A DNA stretch of 23,357 bases from a virus (Duplodnaviria > Heunggongvirae > Uroviricota > Caudoviricetes): the IMG/VR virus record IMGVR_UViG_2545824717_000010; one strand, written 5' to 3'. Position numbers and translations under genes: made by a program. The notes beneath the pieces are model-generated. The model was not told the origin of the DNA. It ran no database searches and saw only the letters and a list, made by a program, of their open reading frames with translations. Shown here piece by piece: positions 1-8,650 of this stretch; the first letter of the stretch is position 1, and every line of letters starts with the position of its first letter.

Positions 1-1002
1 TTACCCTCTATTGTCAAAAGGGTTCAATTCAACAGCAGCCTCTAAATGACCTGGAGCAAAATGCGCATAACGCATAGTCATTTTTATATCGCTATGCCCC
101 AGTATTTTTTGCAACACAAGAATATTTCCGCCCCGCATCATAAAATGACTGGCAAACGTGTGACGTAGCACATGAGTTAATTGCCCATCAGGAAGCTCGA
201 TCTTCGCTCTCTTAATTGCAGCGTCAAAAGCCTCATAACATGGTGAAAATAGCGCTCCTCGTTTTTTAGGAAGCATAGCCTGCAATTGAGGTGAAATCGG
301 TACAGTGCGGTTCTTCTTTCCTTTAGTTTTAACAAATGTGATTCGACCGGGCAGTACTTGAGATTGCTTTAATCCTTCTGCTTCACTCCACCGAGCACCC
401 GTCGCAAGCCCAATACGGACAACAACCCCCAAATCTTTATTCCGTGACTCATCACACGCAATCAGAAGGCGCTCAATCTCATCTACATACAGAAACGCCA
501 GTTCCTTTTCTTCCTCACGAAACTTGCGAATACCAGTCAGGGGGTTTTCACCAGACCACTCCCCAAGGCGCTTCAGTTCGGCAAAAACAGCATGTAGATA
601 TGACTGCTCGCGATTAACGGTTGCTTCACTAAGTTTTTTCTTCCCCTTGGGATTCCATTCTCCAGATAGCCTTCTTTCCCGATAAGTAGCAAACATATTT
701 TTGTCAAACTGAGAAGCAAATGGATCTCCCAGCCTGGAACAAATCGCCTCAAGTTTGACTTTGCGCTCTGCACCAGAGGACAAGGTTTTACCGTACATCT
801 CAAACCAACGAGCAATCAACTCAGAAAGACGAGGACCAGAACCATCTTGAAACTCGTCTCCAACTCTACTATTCATTAAACGGCGCTCATAAGAGAGCGC
901 CTCACTTTTTGTCGCAAACTGTTTACGAATGCGTTTTCCCGATGCCCCGTAGGGATAACATTCGCAAAGCCATTTACCTGATGGAATCTTACGAACCGAC
1001 AT
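1..1002 (-). CDS. int: Tyrosine integrase, P2 family
   Basis: 333 aa; C-terminal recombinase motifs (LATGARWSEA, HVLRHTFASHFMMRGGNILVLQKILGH, MTMRYAHF with catalytic Tyr); strong resemblance to P2 Int as recalled. Stop codon sits at window positions 1..3. Confidence 0.9.
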   Translation of the reverse strand: MSVRKIPSGKWLCECYPYGASGKRIRKQFATKSEALSYERRLMNSRVGDEFQDGSGPRLSELIARWFEMYGKTLSSGAERKVKLEAICSRLGDPFASQFDKNMFATYRERRLSGEWNPKGKKKLSEATVNREQSYLHAVFAELKRLGEWSGENPLTGIRKFREEEKELAFLYVDEIERLLIACDESRNKDLGVVVRIGLATGARWSEAEGLKQSQVLPGRITFVKTKGKKNRTVPISPQLQAMLPKKRGALFSPCYEAFDAAIKRAKIELPDGQLTHVLRHTFASHFMMRGGNILVLQKILGHSDIKMTMRYAHFAPGHLEAAVELNPFDNRG

Positions 1003-1007
1003 TTTAG

Positions 1008-1355
1008 TTACTTATCACATAAATCAAATGCAGCCTTAGTGACATCCCCCAGACTCTTTTTTAACCCTGGGGCGGCATCATTATCTAGCCAAAATGGATT
1101 ATTGTTATCTAACGGTAACGCACCAAATGTTTTACCTTTTATTCGAGCCAAACCTGTAAGTGCATATAACTTATTATCGTCAAAATTCATCACATAAGGA
1201 TTACCATCAAGACACTGTAATTGAACCTCATCAGTATTAAATGGCCATACCCCATTGAAACTCTCACGTTCAATAGTTTTAAAAGGCATTGCGACGGCGG
1301 AAAAAGAAAACATAGATAAAAAAGTAACTAATAGTTGAACCTTTTTTACTTTCAT
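1008..1355 (-). CDS. Small secreted/periplasmic protein, unknown function (cargo)
   Basis: 115 aa; N-terminal signal peptide (MKVKKVQLLVTFLSMFSFSAVA, AxA-type cleavage site), two Cys (near N- and C-terminus of mature part); AT-rich; 5 bp upstream of int start. From memory it may resemble YebY-like small periplasmic proteins, unverified. Confidence 0.6.
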   Translation of the reverse strand: MKVKKVQLLVTFLSMFSFSAVAMPFKTIERESFNGVWPFNTDEVQLQCLDGNPYVMNFDDNKLYALTGLARIKGKTFGALPLDNNNPFWLDNDAAPGLKKSLGDVTKAAFDLCDK

Positions 1356-1384
1356 ATCATTACCTCAATTTAGCTCAAGTAAGA

Positions 1385-2035
1385 TTACAAATTAAAAAAC
1401 GCCCTAGAAATGAAACCGCCTACCAAACCCCCTACGCAGATAAAGAATATTATTTCTTTTGGATAAAGTCGGATTAATTCTGAAGCACGAAGTCGGACTT
1501 CTGGTAAGGTCGAACTCTCTGTGTGGCTTGATGCCGATTGTTGCTCTAACCACGACAATGCAGACTGTAACTGAGAACGAGTAAGATCGTTTAAACGTCC
1601 TGTACCGAAATTGATATGGCAATACCGCAGAAGTTTTTGTCGAAGTCCACAGTCTTCACTGTTACGTAGTAATAAACTTACAAGAGCCTTACAGGCATCA
1701 TGATCTTTACATCGCTCAAGCATTGCATGCAGAAAACTCTCCGCTGTTTTATATTGATTTACTGTCATATCATCAATACCAGCTACACCAATCTCCGCAT
1801 GTACTTTTTGCCAAATAATAAACGCTTCAGTATTGCTAGCTTCTGCAATAGCAGCAACCAAGCTATTTAGCTCCTTACGCTGAACCTTAAGCAAAGGGCG
1901 ATCGTCATCATCATTATTCGAAGGGATTGCGATATTGACGGTCTGAGAACCATCATATCGCTCTATCTGAATATTCTTTTCGTGAAAATCACGCCCAGCA
2001 ACGCGATTGTTTGAACCGTTTGAGTTGACGGCCAT
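1385..2035 (-). CDS. Tail-anchored membrane protein, unknown function (cargo)
   Basis: 216 aa; soluble N-terminal domain with acidic DDDD stretch; single C-terminal hydrophobic segment (IIFFICVGGLVGGFISRAFF); AT-rich; 15 bp downstream of the HTH regulator gene. Confidence 0.6.
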   Translation of the reverse strand: MAVNSNGSNNRVAGRDFHEKNIQIERYDGSQTVNIAIPSNNDDDDRPLLKVQRKELNSLVAAIAEASNTEAFIIWQKVHAEIGVAGIDDMTVNQYKTAESFLHAMLERCKDHDACKALVSLLLRNSEDCGLRQKLLRYCHINFGTGRLNDLTRSQLQSALSWLEQQSASSHTESSTLPEVRLRASELIRLYPKEIIFFICVGGLVGGFISRAFFNL

Positions 2036-2050
2036 GTCACCTCCCTACTA

Positions 2051-2455
2051 TCACCTACCCTTAGTTTCGTTATAGTCACGACCAGCGATACGGTTATTAC
2101 CACCAGAAATATTTAACTCACGTCCTGATGGCTGAGTTTCCTTTTCACTGATCGCACCTTTTAAAGCCCCAATCACCGCGTTTTTCACATCTAACGAAGC
2201 TGCTCGAAAGCGAGTAATCAACTCCTGCTCATCATCGTTATAAGTTTCAGGTGAGTGAATTCCCAACACAACATACTGAACATCAAGGCCAAAACGAGAC
2301 AGCGCTGCCAAATACGCAGCATCAGGAAAGCTATCTCCTTTCTCATATCTAAGCTGAGTTAGCTTTTTGACTCCACCAATGTCGCTCATGGCAACTTGAC
2401 TAAGTCCCAATCTTTCCCTTTCCTCACGCAACCGCTGACCAATATCATTTTTCAT
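2051..2455 (-). CDS. HTH (XRE-type) transcriptional regulator, putative prophage repressor
   Basis: 134 aa; N-terminal helix-turn-helix pattern (QRLREERERLGLSQVAMSDIGGVKKLTQLRYEKG); divergent from the early operon; first gene of an operon ending in int, as P2 C-int. Confidence 0.7.
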   Translation of the reverse strand: MKNDIGQRLREERERLGLSQVAMSDIGGVKKLTQLRYEKGDSFPDAAYLAALSRFGLDVQYVVLGIHSPETYNDDEQELITRFRAASLDVKNAVIGALKGAISEKETQPSGRELNISGGNNRIAGRDYNETKGR

Positions 2456-2464
2456 ACAAAAACC

Positions 2465-2493
2465 TTGACAGGTATCTTTTTTGATACCAAAAT
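2465..2493 (+). promoter_or_regulatory. Candidate early promoter (-35 TTGACA, 17-bp spacer, -10 CAAAAT) with operator palindrome GGTATC-T6-GATACC in the spacer
   Basis: TTGACA at 2465..2470; perfect 6-bp inverted repeat at 2471..2488; lies in the divergent intergenic region between the repressor-like gene and the early operon. Confidence 0.4.
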
Positions 2494-2530
2494 GATTTCA
2501 CGAGCTATTAGATGATCACAATATACCACT

Positions 2531-2737
2531 ATGAAACAAGTTCTTCACGATACCAGATCACGCATTCCGCGTAACACCGCCACAGGTCCAAGACTGGCAC
2601 TTCGGCTGTCCCTCGAGGAGCGAGCCGTCATCGATGAAATGGCAGCTAAAGAACAACGCTCATCCTCTAACATGGCGCGCATGATCTTCCTTCGCGGCCT
2701 AGAGCTAACCCAGAAAGAACAAAACAAATCTTCCTGA
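2531..2737 (+). CDS. Small early regulator, possible ribbon-helix-helix fold (Cro/Cox-like role)
   Basis: 68 aa; predicted beta-strand (LALRLSL) followed by two helices (EERAVIDEMAAKEQ, NMARMIFLRGLE); first ORF of the rightward early operon; no obvious Shine-Dalgarno. Confidence 0.45.
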   Translation: MKQVLHDTRSRIPRNTATGPRLALRLSLEERAVIDEMAAKEQRSSSNMARMIFLRGLELTQKEQNKSS

Positions 2738-2753
2738 TCAGGAGGCTAGTGGG

Positions 2754-2957
2754 ATGTCAGGTATAACCATCAATATCAATGTGAATGCCCCCTATGTATC
2801 CCTGCAGAAATATGCAGAGATAACAGGTATCCCTCTTAATACATGCAAAAAGATGTTGGCTGACGGTCGAATTATTATCCGCCCCAAACGCGCCAAAATG
2901 GAAAAGCCTGAAGTAAACCTTGTGGCGATGTTAAAAGACGCTTTGGCTAACAGCTAA
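2754..2957 (+). CDS. Small HTH DNA-binding protein, Cox/excisionase-like
   Basis: 67 aa; strong RBS AGGAGG upstream; segment YVSLQKYAEITGIPLNTCKKMLADGRI resembles the HTH region of P2 Cox-type proteins as recalled. Confidence 0.5.
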   Translation: MSGITININVNAPYVSLQKYAEITGIPLNTCKKMLADGRIIIRPKRAKMEKPEVNLVAMLKDALANS

Positions 2958-2978
2958 AACAATGAACAGAGCACCATC

Positions 2979-3329
2979 ATGAAAAAAAACGCTAATAATC
3001 CATACTCCAAATTTCGTAATGGCGTAGAACGCCATGTACACCACGTCGCTACCAGTGCATCACGTAGTAACAGTCGCTATAACCTGAACGAGACGCACGC
3101 AACACCGGATGGCCACGCTGTAAAACAAATCGGCGAGCATGCCTGGCTGATTGAGAAAGCTGGAATCGTGGTCCACAAATGCCCACGCAATCCGTTTACC
3201 GGAAACCGCATTTTTGCATTGAACTGCGGCGACAATCACTTCGGGCAGGATTTCACATTATACGAAGCACTTCGCACGGTTGATCGTCTGCTTCGCGGGC
3301 AAAGTTTTATTAAACAGGCTGATTTATAA
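2979..3329 (+). CDS. Hypothetical early protein
   Basis: 116 aa ORF in early operon; His/Cys-rich (HVHHV, HKCP, NCGDNH), possible metal-binding. Confidence 0.5.
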   Translation: MKKNANNPYSKFRNGVERHVHHVATSASRSNSRYNLNETHATPDGHAVKQIGEHAWLIEKAGIVVHKCPRNPFTGNRIFALNCGDNHFGQDFTLYEALRTVDRLLRGQSFIKQADL

Positions 3330-3339
3330 CAGGTGCTTT

Positions 3340-3618
3340 ATGACCAAAGAGCATGCACAAGGTGTATTTATCCGTTTTATTGATTTTCGCGGTGAACTGT
3401 TATTACGCGCATCAGCCATTGACGGAGTTGTTCCATCCGAAAAAAACGTAGCTACTTACGTTTATCTGAACGGTACGCGCCTGACTGTGGAGCTTCCGTA
3501 CCAGACCGTACGAGAAATCATTAGCGAAGCTGAAAAGGCACGTCAGGTTAATGGCGATGAACCCTATATCGAAATTATTTGTATGGATTCAGAAGCTGAA
3601 ATTCAGAAAGCAGATTAA
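3340..3618 (+). CDS. Hypothetical early protein
   Basis: In-frame ATG at 3340 avoids overlap with the previous gene (the ORF track start at 3280 overlaps it); 92 aa. Confidence 0.45.
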   Translation: MTKEHAQGVFIRFIDFRGELLLRASAIDGVVPSEKNVATYVYLNGTRLTVELPYQTVREIISEAEKARQVNGDEPYIEIICMDSEAEIQKAD

Positions 3619-3629
3619 AGGGCGTTGCG

Positions 3630-3872
3630 ATGGGCAAAGAATATAAAACTCTCATTAACAAAGCACTTGAACGATTTTATTTTCGCTTAAGTGCATCAGG
3701 CGCTCATGCTGAACATGCAGCCCGTGACTCATTGACTAGGGCAATCCGGAGTTTGTATGACGTTGCTTTTTACGCTGATGATCTGGATGCACTGAACGAA
3801 CTTTCCGAGCTGATCTGTGCCGCAGAATGCGGGGAACACATTGAACCGTATAAGCTGGGGAATATCGCATGA
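3630..3872 (+). CDS. Hypothetical early protein
   Basis: 80 aa ORF, same strand and tight spacing in early operon. Confidence 0.45.
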   Translation: MGKEYKTLINKALERFYFRLSASGAHAEHAARDSLTRAIRSLYDVAFYADDLDALNELSELICAAECGEHIEPYKLGNIA

Positions 3873-3982
3873 GTATATTTATCTCATGGCTTGTTCTGAT
3901 TATTTCGGTGGTTTGCGCAATTGGTATTATGCGAATTATTCATTCAGTAAAAAAGATTGAACGTTTTTTCACTGGCGAATAA
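3869..3982 (+). CDS. Small hydrophobic peptide (37 aa), possible membrane protein
   Basis: ATGA start/stop overlap with the upstream gene; translation MSIFISWLVLIISVVCAIGIMRIIHSVKKIERFFTGE has one predicted TM helix; below the ORF-track length cutoff. Confidence 0.3.
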   Translation: MSIFISWLVLIISVVCAIGIMRIIHSVKKIERFFTGE

Positions 3983-4075
3983 CAGCATAAACAAAACACC
4001 AGATTAAATACGAAAACCTGAAAACAATCCGCATTCGCGGAGGCGTTCGCACACGTAAATAACGGAGATACAAAA

Positions 4076-4444
4076 ATGTACGCAAAAGAAGAAGGCATTA
4101 TTCACAACCTGAATGAAATCGCAGATATGCAAGGTGAAGTAGCAAAAGAAGCCATGGCGAATGGCCACATGGACACCGCAACTCTCTCATTAATAATCGC
4201 AAAAACTGCTACTGAAGCCGCTGAAATCATCGAAAAACAGGCCCACGAACTGGAAGTTCTCAGGGCACAGCGAACAAAAGAAAATTCGCCCGCCACCAAT
4301 ATCGGCAAGCGAGTTCGCCTCACTGTTGCTGACGACAAAGTTTACATCATCGTGGCTGAAGACCAGGAGAAACTCTCAATAAAGACAATCTCCGCCAGCC
4401 CCGCTCTGGAAGTTAATAAAAAAGAAGTCCACTTCATTGACTGA
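4076..4444 (+). CDS. Hypothetical early protein
   Basis: 122 aa ORF; RBS-like GGAGA upstream. Confidence 0.5.
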   Translation: MYAKEEGIIHNLNEIADMQGEVAKEAMANGHMDTATLSLIIAKTATEAAEIIEKQAHELEVLRAQRTKENSPATNIGKRVRLTVADDKVYIIVAEDQEKLSIKTISASPALEVNKKEVHFID

Positions 4445-4456
4445 CGGAATAACGCA

Positions 4457-4786
4457 ATGGAGAAGCTGAAATATCACATGGCTCTGATGAGCCACATATT
4501 GAAAAGCGCAAGTGGCTTTTATGTATACCCGTTCAGTCCTTCATGGGATGCGGAGCTACAGCAGCTACTGAATGAAGGCATTCTCATCGCAACGAGCAAG
4601 TACAACGCGATTTTTCATCACAACGGCAACGTCGTTGAAGTATGGATTGCTAGTCGCTGGTACGGCTACGGCTGGCTGAACCGCGTTAACGGACGCGAGA
4701 CTGACGCCCGTTGCACCCGCCCACGCTTTCGCACCATGTACCGCCTGCATCAAATGGTGCAGGCCTTCCAGGCAAAGGAAACGTAA
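4457..4786 (+). CDS. Hypothetical early protein
   Basis: 109 aa ORF, Trp/Tyr-rich. Confidence 0.5.
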   Translation: MEKLKYHMALMSHILKSASGFYVYPFSPSWDAELQQLLNEGILIATSKYNAIFHHNGNVVEVWIASRWYGYGWLNRVNGRETDARCTRPRFRTMYRLHQMVQAFQAKET

Positions 4787-4989
4787 TGGCAATTAAGCGT
4801 TTTTCCGTCATTCGTTTCACCTCCAGAGGGCGTGAATACGAAGTTGACGAACGGCTGATTAAAACGCTCGACCGTCACCGTTCGCAACCTGACGCGCATC
4901 ACATTTGTCTCACTGACGACACTTACTTCTGCGCCACCAACGTGGTGCAGGTGAACCTTATCCGACAGGTACAGGAGTCACGCAGATGA
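4786..4989 (+). CDS. Hypothetical early protein
   Basis: 67 aa from ATG at 4786 (overlaps previous stop), AAGGAAA RBS-like upstream; the track ORF 4711..4989 is the same frame with an upstream start that overlaps the preceding gene. Confidence 0.4.
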   Translation: MAIKRFSVIRFTSRGREYEVDERLIKTLDRHRSQPDAHHICLTDDTYFCATNVVQVNLIRQVQESRR

Positions 4990-5231
4990 CCATTCTGGAC
5001 TACATCACAGCCAATCCGGGCTGTAGCGGTGGAGAAATCGCCGCAGCACTGAATACCCCAACCACAGCCATTAATGCGGAGTTACGCCGACTCTGGCGCA
5101 GCGGTTCAGTCATAAGAAAAGAGCGCAAAACAGGCGGTCGCTTTTCTTATCAGGTAAACCCGATGCCGTTTGGGTGTAGCAACCCACTAACCCAGATGTT
5201 CAACCAGCTACTGAGGGAAATCAGAGCATGA
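4986..5231 (+). CDS. Small putative winged-helix DNA-binding protein
   Basis: 81 aa; ATGA overlap with upstream gene; pattern GCSGGEIAAALNTPTTAINAELRRLWRSGSV suggests HTH/winged helix. Confidence 0.45.
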   Translation: MTILDYITANPGCSGGEIAAALNTPTTAINAELRRLWRSGSVIRKERKTGGRFSYQVNPMPFGCSNPLTQMFNQLLREIRA

Positions 5232-5372
5232 GCACCTCCAACTGCCGGAAACCACGTCGGGCTTCAGCAGCTCATCCGGCAGCAAAACAAACTCCATTAA
5301 TTCCTGTTCCGGGCCTTTCCTGCACCTTGCGGCGGGAGGCCTTCGCACATCTGTAACAAGAGGATTGCCGCA

Positions 5373-5738
5373 ATGATTCTCGCCAACGACTTTCTTGAAT
5401 ACCTGCTCAACACAGAGCGTGATCTTGCCGTTCGCGTGCGTGAACGTTATGACATGTACCTGAAATCCCTGCCTGTACCGCAGCTCGCTGACGGAAAGAT
5501 TGTTATTGATGGTCGCTACATGATTGACAGCCACGAGGGAAATTACAGGCTTTACCGCATTGAAGGCGGCACCCCGTCCGTTATTGGCATTTACCAGCGC
5601 CCATCCTCTGCGATCGTCGATGTGATTGCCGACAGCATCCGCATCACACACCACCATGCCGACACAGAAGACACTGTGCTGGAGATTCAGCGGCTGGCTG
5701 CCGTTTGCCGTGACACTCTGAATGGCATGACGAAGTAA
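5373..5738 (+). CDS. Hypothetical early protein immediately upstream of A
   Basis: 121 aa ORF; RBS-like AGAGGA upstream. Confidence 0.5.
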   Translation: MILANDFLEYLLNTERDLAVRVRERYDMYLKSLPVPQLADGKIVIDGRYMIDSHEGNYRLYRIEGGTPSVIGIYQRPSSAIVDVIADSIRITHHHADTEDTVLEIQRLAAVCRDTLNGMTK

Positions 5739-5744
5739 ATCAGT

Positions 5745-8570
5745 ATGACGACAGAGTACATCAGGGACTGGCAACAACCGCGCCACGCAGTAGGACGTGA
5801 AGGAACGGAGATCCCCGCACCTGAATCCGCACTTTCCTCCTGGCTGGATGCCTACCGGGCAGAGAACGAGCGCCGCCAGGAAATGGCTGATGCGGCGTTC
5901 TCCGCCACGCCGCTGGGCAACCTGATTAATAAAAGCCTGGACGCACAGGAAAAACAGGACAAAACAATCACACTGGCAGGAGACGCCAGAAAACAGGCAC
6001 GCGGCGCGGTAGATGAGGCCATGGCCTCACTGCGCCTGCTGCCGTCCTATCTGCGCGATCCGCTTATTCGCCACCTCTCCTTCCTGCGCAAAAAACAGGA
6101 AGCCGATCGTCAGAAAGGAAAAAACGCCAGGCAGGCAGAACGCTATGCGCGTGGGACCCTGCGCAAAATATTCGAACGTCTGGAGCGCACCGATCACCGC
6201 TGGCTGACATCGGGTTATCGCTCCCTTGCCGGACGTGACCGCCTGGACGATTTGCTTTCCCTGCCGCAACTCAACAAACACCAGATACAGACGCTGGCCA
6301 CCATGACGGCGGCGATGTTCAGCAGCACCTTCGAAAAACTCTGCGATGGTTTTGGCGCGACTGATGGCGAGCTGACCATGGATGTAACGCTGAAGGTGTA
6401 TCAGATGCTGGCCCGCATGGCATTACATCTGCACACCATGCCGCCACATTATGACGCACTGACAACAGACAAAGACCGGAGGAACGAACCAGACACGGAG
6501 CTGCTGCCGGGCGCAATTCTTCGCCTGACCTGTGCGGAATGGTGGAAGCGCAAACTGTGGCTTTTACGTTGCGAGTGGCGGGAAGAACAACTCCGCGCCG
6601 CCTGTCTGGTTTCCAGAAAAACATCGCCCTATCTGAGCCAGGACGCGTTAAGCGAGTTTCGCGCACAGCGCGAGAAAACACGCGATTTCCTGAAAAGTTT
6701 CATGCTGGAAAACGAAGACGGGTTCACGATTGATCTCGAGACAGTGTATTACGCGGGAGTAAGTAACCCGGTTCACCGTAAGGCAGAAATGATGGCCACC
6801 ATGAAGGGGCTGGAACTTCTGGCCGAAGCCCGTGGCGACAAAGCGGTGTTTCTGACTGTCACCTGCCCGTCAAAATACCACGCCACAACAGAGAACGGTC
6901 ATCCGAATCCCAAATGGAACGGGGCCACCATGCGCGACTCCAGCGATTATCTGGTTAACACGTTTTTTGCGGCGGTCCGCAAAAAACTGAACCGCGACGG
7001 CCTGCGCTGGTATGGCATCCGCACGGTGGAGCCTCACCATGACGGCACCGTGCACTGGCATATGATGGTCTTTGCTCATCCGGAAGAAATCGACAGCATC
7101 GTGGCCATCACCCGCGATATTGCCATTCAGGAAGACCGCCACGAGCTGGGCAATGATATTACTCCGCGCTTTAAGGTGGAGTATGTCGACGGCTCAAAAG
7201 GCACACCAACCAGCTATATCGCGACCTACATCGGAAAAAACCTGGACAGCCGCGCCGTCGATGGCATCGACCCGAAAACGGGCAAGCCACGCGTTGACCA
7301 CGAAACCGGAAAATCAATGGCCGAGAGCGTGGAGCGCGCCATCGGCTGGGCGCGCCTTCACCGGGTCCGTCAGTTCCAGTTCTTTGGCATCCCCTCCCGT
7401 CAGGTGTGGCGTGAACTGCGCCGCCTTGCCAGCCAGATGGCACGCAATCCGGAAGGCCCGCAACGGCTGAAAGATGATGCAATGGATGCGGTACTCGCTG
7501 CCGCCGATGCCGGGTGTTTTGCCTCCTACATTGAAAAACAGGGTGGCGTGCTTGTTCCACGCAAGGACTACCTGATTCGCACCGCCTACGACCTCGCAGA
7601 TGAGCTGAACGATTACGGCGAACAGAGCGTACAGATTTACGGGATCTGGTCACCACTCATCGGGGAATCCTCCCGTGTGTGCACGCATCCGGATAACTGG
7701 AAGTTGGTAAGACGTAAACCAGAACCAGAAGACAACGCCCACGAAAATGGTTTTGACCTTCAGGGCGGCCCTGCCGCCCCTTGGACTCGTGGCAATAACT
7801 GTCCCCGTGTACAGGAAACAGGCAACAGCGGGACAGAACAGTCGAAAGAACGGCCAGCACCGTGGCCGCAGCTTCCTGACGGCGTTGAAGTGAACGAATG
7901 GATGCGCTCACTGAAACGGCACGAACGCCGGGCGCTGATGCGTTCGCTTCGTGACAAACAGGCAAAAAACAGCAGTGATGAAATGCAGAGCTGGACACAG
8001 AGCCGCAAACAGCAGCGGCCTTTGCCTGATAACCACGAATTACTCGCTAAAGAATGGCGGGAATCTGCCGAATCTCTCGGCCTGCATATCGGTGAACAGC
8101 AGATGCAGCACCTGTTACGGGGAGGCAGCCTGTACGTTGACGGCAGCATCATTGCACCGCAGGGATTTGAAATTGTACGCAAACCGGATACCCGCCCGGC
8201 CAGCCGAATCACGCAGCTCTGGCAGCGCCTGAGCCGTAATCACGGCGTAAGCAGCACAGAGATCCGTCATAACCCGGTCGCCAGCTATCTGGCACAGCTG
8301 GGGGCATCAGACCCCGAAGCCGCCGCACGTCTGGCATCCACACTTCAGCAGGACCAGAACACCATGAAAACCCCCGTTACCGTGCTTTCTGACATGCTGC
8401 GCGCCATCCGTGACGCAGAGCACGCACAAAGAATCAATGAAACCACTGAACGCGCCCGCCGCAAGGCTACTTTGCTCCAAAAGAGAGGCAAACAGCACTT
8501 TAGTAATCAAAATGATGATGAGAAAAAACAATTACAAAGTTGGATATGCCTTTTCCATCATGAGGGATGA
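5745..8570 (+). CDS. A: Replication initiation endonuclease (rolling-circle, HUH class), P2 gpA homolog with extended C-terminus
   Basis: 941 aa; HUH metal motif VHWHMMVF (about 7050..7080); tyrosine motif YIATYIGKN (about 7210..7236); position before the cargo locus as in P2. Longer than P2 A as recalled (about 760 aa). Confidence 0.85.
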   Translation: MTTEYIRDWQQPRHAVGREGTEIPAPESALSSWLDAYRAENERRQEMADAAFSATPLGNLINKSLDAQEKQDKTITLAGDARKQARGAVDEAMASLRLLPSYLRDPLIRHLSFLRKKQEADRQKGKNARQAERYARGTLRKIFERLERTDHRWLTSGYRSLAGRDRLDDLLSLPQLNKHQIQTLATMTAAMFSSTFEKLCDGFGATDGELTMDVTLKVYQMLARMALHLHTMPPHYDALTTDKDRRNEPDTELLPGAILRLTCAEWWKRKLWLLRCEWREEQLRAACLVSRKTSPYLSQDALSEFRAQREKTRDFLKSFMLENEDGFTIDLETVYYAGVSNPVHRKAEMMATMKGLELLAEARGDKAVFLTVTCPSKYHATTENGHPNPKWNGATMRDSSDYLVNTFFAAVRKKLNRDGLRWYGIRTVEPHHDGTVHWHMMVFAHPEEIDSIVAITRDIAIQEDRHELGNDITPRFKVEYVDGSKGTPTSYIATYIGKNLDSRAVDGIDPKTGKPRVDHETGKSMAESVERAIGWARLHRVRQFQFFGIPSRQVWRELRRLASQMARNPEGPQRLKDDAMDAVLAAADAGCFASYIEKQGGVLVPRKDYLIRTAYDLADELNDYGEQSVQIYGIWSPLIGESSRVCTHPDNWKLVRRKPEPEDNAHENGFDLQGGPAAPWTRGNNCPRVQETGNSGTEQSKERPAPWPQLPDGVEVNEWMRSLKRHERRALMRSLRDKQAKNSSDEMQSWTQSRKQQRPLPDNHELLAKEWRESAESLGLHIGEQQMQHLLRGGSLYVDGSIIAPQGFEIVRKPDTRPASRITQLWQRLSRNHGVSSTEIRHNPVASYLAQLGASDPEAAARLASTLQQDQNTMKTPVTVLSDMLRAIRDAEHAQRINETTERARRKATLLQKRGKQHFSNQNDDEKKQLQSWICLFHHEG

Positions 8571-8592
8571 GATGTGAATCGCTAACCGAATA

Positions 8593-8622
8593 TTGTGTTG
8601 AATAGAATGCAATTGATATAAT
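8593..8622 (+). promoter_or_regulatory. Candidate sigma70 promoter for the cargo operon (-35 TTGTGT, 18-bp spacer, -10 TATAAT)
   Basis: TTGTGT at 8593..8598 and perfect TATAAT at 8617..8622, about 135 bp upstream of the MTase start. Confidence 0.45.
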
Positions 8623-8650
8623 TCCCCTTAATTCATTGAAAACTGGATTT

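Noticed and set aside
5208-5786. 192-aa ORF on the minus strand
   Set aside because: Antisense to the early-operon genes and the start of A; opposite to the operon direction; no independent support.
6319-8212. Several 110-160 aa ORFs on the minus strand (6319..6681, 7171..7656, 7657..7998, 7760..8212) and plus-strand alternative frames inside gene A
   Set aside because: All are embedded in the A coding region, which carries the HUH and Tyr motifs in the annotated frame; Arg/Cys-rich translations typical of GC-rich out-of-frame artefacts.
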